Assembly (NCBI RefSeq): GCF_020745735.1
Contig: NC_083449.1
Location: 6,856,923-6,920,922 of the forward strand
DNA length: 64,000 nt
Direction: 5' to 3'
Source of the DNA: Hemiscyllium ocellatum
Taxonomy: Eukaryota
The position numbers were made by a program, and so were the translations under genes. Every line of letters begins with the position of its first letter. Position 1 is the stretch's first letter. The notes below the pieces were generated by a model. It did no database searches, had not been told where the DNA came from, and saw only the letters and a list, made by a program, of their open reading frames with translations. Below are positions 14,401 to 25,140 of this stretch, piece after piece.

Positions 14401-16803
14401 GTGATAATGATGATCCTTTAACAAGCTTGTAAAAGACACAGGCTCCGAAAAGTCTGACTTGATGGGTTTTAGGGACATTTTGATTATAGATTATGCCTCA
14501 GGCAAAAGGCTTCCACATTTTTAAGAAGAACTTATACAATGAAAGGGGAGTGTCCCAGTTTTCCCAGCTCAGCTTTTCTCTGGTTTCATTTGGTTTTTGG
14601 CTGTCTGGCTATTGACTGAAAGTAGTCAGGCAATTGAAAAAGCTGCTGAACCCAAAGAAGCCGGTCCATGCTGGTACTCTCTCTCTCTCTCTCTCTGACA
14701 TCTCTCCTGTAAGACCCTGTGTTTGATTTTAAGGGTGTTTGTGGGGATTGTTGGAAGTATTGGGAACAGCATCATTAAGTTGGTATAATCTGTAGGGTTT
14801 TCAGATAGGTTAAGTTATTTAGTATTCTGTTTTCTTTTAAGGCAAAGGAGCATTTGTTTAGTGTTTCATTTGATAATCTTGTAAATCTATTCTGTTTTGT
14901 TTAAAACAACATGGTTTGACCAGCTACATCACCCCGGAATATCCACATTACACCTGCTTAAAACAACTAGCAAGGTTAGGGTCTGTGCTACTTGAAATGT
15001 TTTGAGGGGGTCTGGCCTGATCCGTACCAGTTAGGGTGCTTTTTGCAGGATTTGTTCTGTACTCCTGATTTCGGATTAGGGTTGTTGGACTCGAAGGCAG
15101 CGAGTGGTAGGCGTTAGTGTCCTTCGTTCCGGGTTTTGAATTCAGTTGATTTAAACAATGTTTAGGAGAGCAATGGCTCTTTCAGTCAACCAGAGTTTTC
15201 TGCAGGTGGAAGAAGTGATTTTGGGCCTTTTACAAAAGGTGATTAAGGGTAAGCTGCTGGAAATAGCAAACAATCTGGGATTGAGGCCGTGTCCTTCCAT
15301 GAGGAAAGGAGAGATAATTACAGCAGTAGCTCAGCATTTACATTTGTTGGAAACACCATCAGAATCTTTAGAGATGGCTAACATTCAATGGAAAACGCAG
15401 CAACTTGAGTTAGAGGCAAATGACAAGGAAAGGGCAACCGAAATGAAATGTTTTGAATTATGACTAAACGCAGAAGAGAGAGGAGAGAGAGAAAAGCAGA
15501 GAAAGAAAAGGAAGAAAGAGAGGGAGTTTGAACTTTGGAAAATGGCACTTAGACAGGAGTCCAAAAATTCACTTCCTGAAGTGGTGAAAACCCATGTGAG
15601 TTAAAGTGACAAGATTGGCAGCTGAAATGGCTGATGGTTGTGAGTTGATCCATAAATCAAAGTTTAGCTTCTAAAACCAATTTCAATCCATGAGAGATAG
15701 AAGTTGAGGATAAGAGAAATCCTCACATGGAAAGGAAATGATAGATCTCAGTGAAGGTCGTAAGGATGACTTATCACAGGGTAAAAAAGGAAACACCTGA
15801 AGGGGAAAGAGAAGTTAAAAAGCTCTGGTGTTTTCGCTACAATAAAGTAGTGTTGGTGGGTTAGGAAAGGCACTGGGAAGCCAGATTTAGGAAACAGAAT
15901 AAGCCAGTGAATTTGTTGGGAAGGTAACAGAAAGCACAATGGAGGCTCGAAAGCGGCACCAGAATGTACAAGCTAGTTGAAGGTGCCAGATCTTCTTAAA
16001 CCATCCACCTCTGAAGGTAACGTTTATTTGAATAGGTCAGGAGGATCACGTAAAGTGGTTACAATATTAAGAGATACAAAGATCCTCTAAATCAATGATG
16101 CCGAAAGATGTGGTGATATGTACCTCTGAAGGACGATTGCTAGAAAAGGTACTAGTAACGGAATTCATGTTGAGACAAGAAGCACTGAATTGTGAGAAGT
16201 GAGGTTAGAGTGTCCAGTGAAGAGTGGAGAAGTTGTGGTAGGAGTAGAGGACAAACTCTCAGCTCCGGGAATACAATTTGTCCTTGCTAATGATATTGCT
16301 GATTCACCGGTAGGAGTGCTGCCTACTGTGGTTGAAAAGCCAATGGAAAATCAGGCAACTGAATTATTGATGGACACATATCCTGGTGCACACATTTTTC
16401 CTGAGTGTGTGGTGACAATGTCACAGTCATCAGTTGAAACAGGAGCGATCAAAGAGTACAGATAAAGTTGAAGTGAAATTAGCAGAGACCCTGTTTGATC
16501 AGATGGTTGAGACAAACTGGGAAGAGATAGCTGAGTTAAATTAACCAAGTTACAGCAGAAAGATGAAAATTTACAGCAAATTTACCAAATGGCCAACACA
16601 GAAAAAAAATCTTAATATATCCCTGCATAATATTATCTTAAAAATGATGTCTTAATAAGGAAATGGAGACCAACACATATTCAGGCTGATGAGAAATGGG
16701 CAGAAGTGTATGAAGTTGTATCGCCAGTGGATTTTAGAGGGCGATGTTGTGAGTAGCGCATGAGCTCCCACTTGGACATCATTTTGGAGTGAGAAAAACT
16801 CAG
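14400..16803 (+). mobile_element. Gmr1-like Gypsy LTR retrotransposon remnant (LTR, gag, protease, integrase N-terminus)
   Basis: gag-like MALSVNQSFLQ...; ILRDT protease motif at ~16065; SGEVVVGVEDKL...LANDIA; AHELPLGHHFGVRKT at ~16755 directly after the protease (IN before RT). Confidence 0.75.
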
Positions 16804-16949
16804 ACTTTTGCAGACATTGTTTGGAAATCACATTATTTAAGTGTCGTCTCTGTGACGATTGTTCAGTAAAAGATTAATGCTGTCCTTCTCAGTCATAGAT
16901 AAACCCCATGTAAATGTGCTTCATCTGGGTTGGAGGCTTTGAGTTAGTG

Positions 16950-17215
16950 GTAGAGACTGAGTAGGCTGGAGTTGTTTTCCTTGGAGAGGGACCTTTATAG
17001 AGGTTCATAAAATCATGAGCAGCATGGATAAGTGGTGGAGGCTGGTACAATTACAATATTTAAAAGGCACCTGAATGGGTATGTGAATAGGAAGGGTTTA
17101 GAGGGATATGGGCCATGTGCTGGCAAATGGGACTAGATTGGGTTGGGATATCTGATTGGCATGGACAAATTGGACCGAAGGGTCTGGTTTCCGTGCTGTA
17201 CATCTCTATGACTTG
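16950..17215 (+). mobile_element. CR1 3' fragment
   Basis: Standard tail ggtttagagggatatgggcc...ctctatgact. Flank shared with 25855-26090. Confidence 0.85.
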
Positions 17216-17492
17216 ATGGTTGTGAATAATAACACTTATTGGAAATGGGGTGATGTGCAGTGAGAATGGAGAGAGAGAAACTGTTGATGAGCAGTTTCCC
17301 TCCATCTCTGTACTTAGCAGCTACCTCACAGATGGTTGTTGAAACTATGTAACAGTGTGATTTATTTGTACATTTGTAGAAAATGTTCTTATTAAATGCA
17401 GATTTTAATGCTGTTCCTGAGTGTCTATTTTGGATGAGGATTCAGTCTATCTATCTTCAAAACTGATGTATAAATGTCAATGGGCTACATAC

Positions 17493-17574
17493 CTGCTGTT
17501 TGTTTGAGGCAGCTGGTCACACTTCCCTTTGAACTGAGGAAGTATTACAGCATCTTAGTCCCTCAAGTATTTGT
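17493..17574 (-). other. Candidate non-coding exon 3 (82 nt) of the minus-strand transcript, unit 1
   Basis: Acceptor ctctctatcttcctccag and donor CAG|gtatgt. Both are preserved in the paralogs at 33304-33384 and 12742-12821. Confidence 0.55.
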
Positions 17575-17828
17575 CTGGAGGAAGATAGAGAGACACCATC
17601 TGTTAATCAACATGAGGCGAGTCTGACAAAATTGATCAATGTCACATTCATTGCACATTCGTTAGGATAAGCCAGCAACTTAAACAAAACCATGAATCTG
17701 ATTCCATTGTTGCACTGAGCTGCTCTTTGTCTGGAGATTGTGTTTGTTTTTCATATGATTCTATATCAAATGAGTGAGATGGAGAAACTGAGCAACAACT
17801 GCACAGCTCCATGAATGGAACTACTCAC

Positions 17829-17875
17829 CACCGGAATGCTAACAGTTCAATATGCAACTCTCAATACACTAGTTG
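17829..17875 (-). other. Candidate non-coding exon 2 (47 nt), unit 1
   Basis: Acceptor tttttttctctctccag and donor GTG|gtgagt. Homolog at ~33616-33655. Confidence 0.5.
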
Positions 17876-18042
17876 CTGGAGAGAGAAAAAAATGGCGCTA
17901 TATCTATTTTTTTTCCCCAAGACCCACTCCTTTTACCGGTGTATCCCATTCCTACAGTCGGTCTACGATTCCACTATTGACTGCACAACCTCAACAAACA
18001 GCGGGAAACAATGAAATCTCAACAGAGTTCAGAGGATTGTAA

Positions 18043-18417
18043 ACCACAAGAATGTCCCACAGCAGCTTCTTCCCGCTCTGCCTCCCTCAGCAGGCCCACA
18101 CACAGCCCGAGAAAGGCCTCTCTCTTCCCCCCCAGCCCGCTCACTCCAAGTTCCGGGACCAGTTCCTGCTCCGCTCGGCCTCTTACAAACAGCCCCCGGT
18201 TCTCCCTGAACTCACCCCGAATCAATCCCGGTCTCGGAGCCCCCTCTGTGTCCCAGGCTCCCATCCCGATGTGCTGCTGGAAGGAGCCTGCTGTTCCCTC
18301 ACTTCCCTGGGCGCTGATCTCTCCATTGCGGTCTGTTTCAAACAAACCTCTTGCACTCACTGAGTAAATGCTCCTCAATGGCAGCGCTGGGGGAGGGCCT
18401 CACGCATGCGCTCCTCT
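18043..18417 (-). promoter_or_regulatory. Conserved GC-rich cassette, copy 1: NRF1-type promoter, exon 1 and 5' intron
   Basis: NRF1-like ACGCATGCGC at 18402-18411, GCCATT initiator-like motif at 18377-18382, and minus-strand GTGAGT donors at 18355-18360 and 18210-18215. Only a few substitutions versus copies 2 and 3. Confidence 0.65.
18052..18363 (+). CDS. Hypothetical 103-aa orphan ORF inside the cassette (unproven)
   Basis: ATG-to-TGA frame open in all three copies. 4 synonymous versus 2 non-synonymous differences. No recognisable domain. Confidence 0.2.
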   Translation: MSHSSFFPLCLPQQAHTQPEKGLSLPPQPAHSKFRDQFLLRSASYKQPPVLPELTPNQSRSRSPLCVPGSHPDVLLEGACCSLTSLGADLSIAVCFKQTSCTH

Positions 18418-19554
18418 GCACAGGATCAATCAGCATTGGGGTGAAAAGGTTCAGTCCCAGATACAGTTGGGGCTGGAGTGAGCTGGAGGCGGAGCAGGGT
18501 GATCAAACACATTGCATTGCTCTGTCTGTCACTCAGTTTCCTCTGTATTCTGAATTAACATAGAACTTACCACTGTGTGAAAAAAAACTCATCCATCTAA
18601 AATTGACTTTACATTTGTTGTCAAGTTACACAATCCGCTAGAACCTAACTGTGAGTGTTTTCTACCCTTGGGGTTGATGTAACTCGTTCTCAACTGCACG
18701 GAATTGAAAATAAATGAAAAGAAAGAGTTTCTATGTAACATTTTTCTTGAGTCAAGAGTTGAGTCACGTCTTGAGTGTGTAACTAATATATTTCTGAGAA
18801 GTTGATTGATAATTGTGGGCCCAGAGACCTATCGATTACTGCTTAGGCGTCATGCAGCTTCATTTAGGAATTATAGCATTTCTCAGTGTTATGCGAATGC
18901 CTGTTAATCAGCAACTGTTAGCATGATATATATAGTTGTCACTTTAACTTTGTATCTGTCGCGTCCTTATTTACACATTTTGCATTAACTCAACAGCTGT
19001 CCATTCAGACTCTGCTCTTCTGTGTAATAGTCAACTAGTGTTACTTCAAGAGAGGTTTTATTGTGTATCTATCAAGCACTGATGTAAGCAGTAAAACGTT
19101 ACGCTATTTGCCAGCCACTTAGAAATATTCCTGCAATCTGTGTTCCTAGGAGAAGCGAGTTCTGCAGATGCTGAGGTTCAAAGGGCTTATGCTTGAAACG
19201 TCGAGATGAAGGGCTTATGCCCGATACATTGATTCTCCTTTTCCTCGGATGCTGCCTGACCTCTGTGCTTTTCCAGTACCACACTCTCAACACCAGTCTG
19301 TGCCTGTCTGTTTCTGGGATGTAAAGCATTTTTGTAAACCTTATTTCACAGTCTTTACATATCAGTATGTTACTGAACAATAACTCAAACCTTCTGAAGT
19401 GTAACTTGTTTTACTCTGTAGGTGTCATCCATTGACATAAGAATGTGTTTCATGTAGTACCTACAATTTTGAATGTACCAGATACCACTTTGGAGGGACT
19501 CAGGTAGGACTGACTACCCTCCACTCCCATACCCTATGAATATCAGCTTCTGCA

Positions 19555-19642
19555 CACAGACAGTCACCCAAGACTGGAATCGAACCTGGGACCCTGGTGC
19601 TGTGAGGCAGCAGTGCTAACCACTGAACCACTGTGCCACCCC
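19555..19642 (-). mobile_element. HE1-type SINE 5' fragment
   Basis: ggtggcacagtggttcagtggttagcactgctgcctcacagc on the minus strand. Confidence 0.85.
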
Positions 19643-21617
19643 AAGAGCAGGGGTAGGATCTCCAGGGAGAATATGCCCAACCATTTTATACTTACAATGA
19701 GACCGTATATATCAATCTGCAACTTGCAGATTCTGCCACGTGAATATGCGAGTACAGTTGTCACTCTCTCCCTGTCAGTTCTGCGATGTGCACACTTGAG
19801 TAAAGTTACCTACCTGTACCTGTGGGTTTACACTCACTGAATGTACGAGTAGAGGTATTACTCTCTCCCAATAAGATTCTCGTATTGCATACTTGAGTGA
19901 AGTTATCACCCCATACTTGTTGGCTCCTGCTATGTGAATATGACAGTTTTTGCTCTGTGAATGTGATTGTTTAATTATCAATCTGTCCATGTCAGTTTCA
20001 GCATTGTTAAAATTTGAACATTGTTATCAATATCTCAGGTAGGGGTCTACATCTGGGTGAGATCCACTTTGGAGAGTTGTTGCTGAGGGCTGGGCCAAAT
20101 GACCTCTATCTGCAATGGGGAAATTCTATGTACTGTAAAAGAAAGTGAGACTTTTATACTATTGTCTGTCTCTGACAGTACAGGCCAGTTTGGACAATTT
20201 CCACAACTTCTATTCTACGGTACGGTTCATGGTTGTAAGTTATATTCTGAGCATTTTGAGTTTATTGTTCACATGTTTATAACAAGACCACTGTATGACA
20301 GCTTTTTTATTCTGTGTCCAATAATCCCTGGGGATCTGACTGAATGTGTATGTTTTCATTTCAATATTTCATTTCCCTTTGGACCACTTGAAAACAACGT
20401 ATTTATTCAGTCATTTTGGAAGAGATGTGTTCTGTTTTCACTTTGTGGAAATGAATTAAATTGCAATATTTGTTTCAATCTGACACTTGGCCTGCTATCT
20501 AATTCCTCCAGTTTGGACAAACAGAATTGATACAGGAATTACATACAGTCATAGAGTCAGACAGCAACTTTAAACCATGGTGAGATAATTGGATGAATAC
20601 TTAATCTGAATGTTTATTTACTTCTTTCCCTACACAACTGGAATACATTGTGGACATGCAATAGGGGGCTCAGTATTTCTGAATAAACAAGTGGAGTTTA
20701 CTTTTTGACCAATGTGATACTATGCATTTAAATTTGATTAGAAGTTCACTTGTACACTGGGACTGAGACATTTCACTCTTACCCTGTCCTGTTTAACTTC
20801 ATTAATAAAATGCTAGCTCTCCCAACCAGGCAATCCTTGTGGGCATGATTTTTCTATTTTTGCCTGTGGATTTACTAACCTGACAGTATTTATATGCTTT
20901 GCAAGTTATTCTATACCCACTGTGTACTGGCACTATCTCATTCTTTGTTGTGTCCAGAAATCAGTTTCCTTCACACCCTTCATTACATGAATAAGGACAA
21001 TAACCGGCACAGTCAGCAACTATTTGCTCTGCTCTTCCATTCACTTGTACGGCTTGTGTACTTGGGAATTACTATCTACCTGTGAGCCTGTGCTTTTCAG
21101 TGGGACTGGCCCTTCAAACCTCTGCTCAGATGTGACAGGCTGCCACAGTGTAGAGCCGCAATGTCTAGTGAAGACCTTAGAAACTAAAATTTAATGTTGA
21201 CTACTCAGGCTGTTCTCCACTGTGTATATACACTTACTTTATGTATTAAAAAAAGATTTTTGAAAGGAACAGTTATGACACAGGGAGGATGCCCATACTC
21301 ACTTGACCCTGCTTCAGTCTTCCTGCATTGTGTTACTGAACAGTTTAAATGTTTGCTATAAAGTGGACAGCCAGTTAGCAGAGTGGGACAGGAGAGAGTT
21401 CTCAGTTCATGTTTCCTGAAGTGAACGGGAAAGATCTTATTTTCTGTAATTGTTTGTATCTGTAGGATTCACAGACAAGTAAAACTGCAACACATTGCCA
21501 TGGAAACAAGTCTGTGCTGTTCTTAAAAGTAAGGTGAGAAAAGCAATGGACTTTTGCAACTCTAAGAGTGCGGAATCTAACTGGGAGTAGTGATATCAAG
21601 GTCTGGCCTTCAGAGTG

Positions 21618-22082
21618 TCATACAGTTATACAGCACAGAAACAGGTCCTTTGATCCAAGTTGTTAGCGCTGACCAGAGATCCTAATCCAACCAAGTCCCA
21701 TTTGCCAGCATTTGGTCCGTCTCCCTCGAAGCCCTTCCTGTTCATGTACCGATCCAGGTGTCTACAAAGGATTGTAATTGTACCCACCACCTCCACTTCC
21801 TCTGGTAGCTCATTCCATACAAGCACCACCCTCTACAATAATAAAGCAACCCCACAAGTGCTTTTTAAATCTTTTCCCTCTCACCTTAAACCTTTGCCCT
21901 CTATTATTGGATTCTCCAACATTAAAAAAAGACCTTGCGTATTCACCCTCTCAATGTCACTCATGATTTTATTAACCTCAATAAGGTCATATCTCAACCT
22001 CAGACAGTCCGGGGGGAAGAAAAACAACTGCCTATTCGGTCTCTGCCCATAACTCAACTCCTCCAGTCCTGGCAACGAAACA
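21618..22082 (-). mobile_element. CR1 3' fragment
   Basis: LRYDLIEVNKIM, VWNELPEEV and the CR1 tail. Confidence 0.85.
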
Positions 22083-22136
22083 TACTGATGGGAGTAGTGC
22101 AGTTGATGTGGTTTACATGGACAACAATAAGGCCTT

Positions 22137-23160
22137 TGCAGGAGCGTAACCACCGACCAGAGATAAAAGACTCAGGAGGCAGGCAGGATTCAGTCAAGTG
22201 GTAGGTTTTTATTCAAGCAGAAACCGGTTAATGCAGGGAGAGGGCAAAAGGATCTTTCCCCGAGTCTGGCCTCGGACGAGAGATCCATGGCACACTCTTA
22301 CAATAAAAAAAGCAGTATTTATTGTACACATTCTGTGAACAATCACATATAACGTGATTAAATGTTCCTCCCTCTTACTTTGCATACCCTATCCTATGAG
22401 ACACCTAATCAATGATGGGCATCCATTGGATAGCTCCAGGTTCACATGATCTTAAGGTGATTAGCAGATACTGTAATCGCTCGGCCTTGGGATCTTTCTA
22501 TGTCTCCTATTTGTTCACATTCCAGAGTGACTTGCTATACTCCTTCGGTTTTCTGTCAGTCTAGCTTATCTTGAGGGACATCTTGAATGCTGTTATTCAT
22601 TGTATTTAATTTTAATCAAATTCTATTGCTCCTCTTACATGCCCCAAAGTCCTTATTATATATGAAGAAAAAACAGTTAATTTTGCATTACTTGCTATAA
22701 ATTGGTAATTTTGATTTCTGTTATTAAGTTAGTTAAAATGTGTAAAGTCACACAGTTATGAAGCAGAATAGTAGAAGATAACTTTAGCTGTTGCCCCCCC
22801 CCCCCCCCCCCCCCCCCTCAGTTGTTTTAGGGGAATAATGGGCTGTATCTAACATCTGGTGCCTGTTCATTTACTGGTACAATTCCCTTTCATTTAATGT
22901 GGCTGAAGTTACTCATTTCTCTGACCTTAGGTGTGTGTGTCAGAACTGTTTCGAATGGGAACAGGCTGGGTCCTTTTTACTGTCCTCTGAATGGCTTGTT
23001 CAATGGTATCATTATGCCTCACTGTGCGAACAGGCTGATGTGCTTAGTTTCTGCCATTGTCTCTCACGTCCTGCTGTTTAATTCTACTTTCCACTTATCG
23101 GCCAGTTTGTTTAAACAGATATGGGCCACTCTATTCTGGCAGGTACAGGCCACCCCGATA
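22137..23160 (-). mobile_element. Solo LTR (~1024 bp)
   Basis: Splits a CR1 codon run. TG...TA termini, 5-bp TSD gcctt/gtctt, and minus-strand AATAAA at ~22207-22212. Confidence 0.65.
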
Positions 23161-24014
23161 GTCTTTGACAAAATCCCATATAAAAGACTGGTCTAAGATT
23201 GGCTCTTGGAGTCTTAAGCAAACTGGATCTGAAATTAGCTTGCAGACAGGATGCAAAGTGTGATGGTGATGGGTTGTGTTTGTGAGTGGAAGCCTGTGAC
23301 CAGCAGTGTCCCACAGGGATCAGTGCTGGGAACCTTGCTCTTTGTTCTGTACATTAATGACTTGGATGTAAATGTAGAAGGTACAATTACTATGTTTGTA
23401 GATGAGATTTTAGTGTGGAAGTACAAAATGTGTTGGTGCTGGCTTGGAGGGCAAAGGGCCTATGCTGTACTGTTCTTTCTTCTTCGACATGAAAATTGGC
23501 AGCACTGTTGACAGTGAAGGGGACGGTCTCAGGCTACAGTCTGAGTACAGCCGGCAGAACAATGGCTCTGATATTTCTGGTAAGTGTGAGATAATGCATT
23601 TTAGGAGGTCTAACAAATGAAAGAATTACACAATGAAGGGTAAGTCCTTAGGGAGTACTGAGGAACAAAGAGACCTTGGTATACAAGTCTATAGATCCCA
23701 GAAGGAAACAGCTCAGGCAGACAGGCTGCTGAAGAAGGCAAACAGAATGCTGGCCTTTATTACCTGAGCTGTACAATTTAAAAGAAAGGAAGTCTTATTA
23801 CAATTTTATAGAACATTGATTAGGCCACAGACGGAATACTGTGTGCAGTTCTGGCTGCCACTCTATCAGAAGGATGCGATTGTACTGGAGAAGGGGTAGT
23901 GGGTTGGAAAGTCACCGTTATGAGGGAAGACTAGATAGGCTGAGTTTTGTTTCCTTGGAGCATAGGAGGCTGAGGGACAATCTGGCTAAAGAATACCAGA
24001 TTATCAGAAATGTA

Positions 24015-24248
24015 CAAAGTTAAAAATCACACAACACCAGGTTATAGCCCAACAGATTTAATTGGAAGCACACTACCTTTCGGAGCAACACTCCTTCCTC
24101 AGCTGATAGTCACCTGGTGACTATCACCTGATGAAGGAGCGTCTCTCCGAAAGCTAGTGTGCTTCCAATTAAACCTGTTGGGCTATAACCTGGTGTTGTG
24201 TGATTTTTAACTTTGTACACCCCAGCCCAACACTGGCATCTCCAAATC
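24015..24248. mobile_element. Palindromic Penelope-tail insertion (second family) with 12-bp TSD
   Basis: ~100-bp inverted arms centred at ~24115 plus a 30-nt tail. TSD atcagaaatgta at 24003-24014 and 24249-24260. Confidence 0.85.
24125..24159 (+). ncRNA. Minimal type I hammerhead ribozyme motif
   Basis: cac-CTGATGA-A-GGAG(cgtct)CTCC-GAAA-GCTA-gtg. Palindromic AGCT stem III and cac/gtg stem I. Confidence 0.75.
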
Positions 24249-24594
24249 ATCAGAAATGTAGGCAGAGTAGATTGAGAGACTCTTTCTCCCCGTGACCGAT
24301 GTGTCTAAGTCCAGAGGGCACAAATTGAAGTTGAGGAGAAAACAGCTTAGAGGAAATGTGAGAAAAATATTTTTACCCAGAAGATGGGTAAAGTTTGGAA
24401 CGTTCTGCCTGAGAGGGTGATTGAGTACTCTCACAGCATTTAAGCAGCATCGGGACGTGCTTTTAAAAAGCCAAGATATAGTCAGCTATGGGCCAAGTGC
24501 AGGTAAATGGGATGAATGTAGTTTGATGTTTGTTGAACATCGTGGACATGGTAGGCCAAAAGGTCTGTTTCTAAGCTGTACGACTATCTCAATA

Positions 24595-25140
24595 ACATCC
24601 TAGTAAATCTTTACTGTACCACCTCAAGTTTAACAAAATCCTTCCTGCAGCAGGTTGATGAGAATTGTACACAATCTCCTGAAAGTGGATTCACCAATGT
24701 CCTGCACAGCCACCAGATGACCTCCCAACTCCAACAGTCAACATTCTGAACAATGAAGGCAAGCATGCCAAATGCCTTCTTCACCGTCCTGTCTATTTGT
24801 GACTTGGACTTGGAGGTGCCAGTGTTGGACTCGGGTGGACAAAGTGAAAAATGACACAATACCAGGCTTTCGTCCAACAGATTTATTTAGAAACACTAGC
24901 TTTTGAAGCACTGCACCTTCATCAGGTAGTTGAAGGAACAGTGCCTTGACAGCTAATGCCTCCAAATAAACCTGTTGGAGTACATTCAAGGAAATCTTCA
25001 CCGGCACACTGAGGTTTCTTCATTCAGCAACCCTCCCTAACGCCCTACCATTAAGTGTGGAATTCATGTCTTGGTTTGCCTTTTCAAAATGTAAACTAAA
25101 CGACAACTGCCACTCCTCAGCCCACTGACTCACCTGACAA
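24595..25140 (-). mobile_element. CR1 fragment with a PLE-tail insertion at ~24805-24985
   Basis: VKKAFGMLAFI and LCRTLVNP. The insert is homologous to 24116-24248. Confidence 0.75.

Larger units (their letters stand above)
22086..24595 (+). mobile_element. Old CR1 RT region interrupted by a solo LTR and a PLE palindrome
   Basis: VDVVYMD..KAFDKIP split at 22137/23161, and SVPQGSVLGTLLFVLYINDL. Confidence 0.85.

Noticed and set aside
18019-18378. 119-aa minus-strand ORF in the cassette (also 33788-34129)
   Set aside because: It starts at TTG, is broken by stops in copy 3, has different C-termini between copies, and is crossed by strong splice donors.
21493-21507. RFX X-box-like ATTGCCATGGAAAC inside an exon-like segment (~21465-21527)
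   Set aside because: Single imperfect motif with no supporting gene context.
22794-22816. Poly-C tract, and short repeats at 8159-8190 and 41545-41570
   Set aside because: Simple slippage repeats with no evidence of function.
24015-24248. miRNA precursor or DNA-transposon MITE
   Set aside because: The arms are PLE tail sequence with a hammerhead core, an asymmetric tail and a long TSD. Single-arm copies occur elsewhere.
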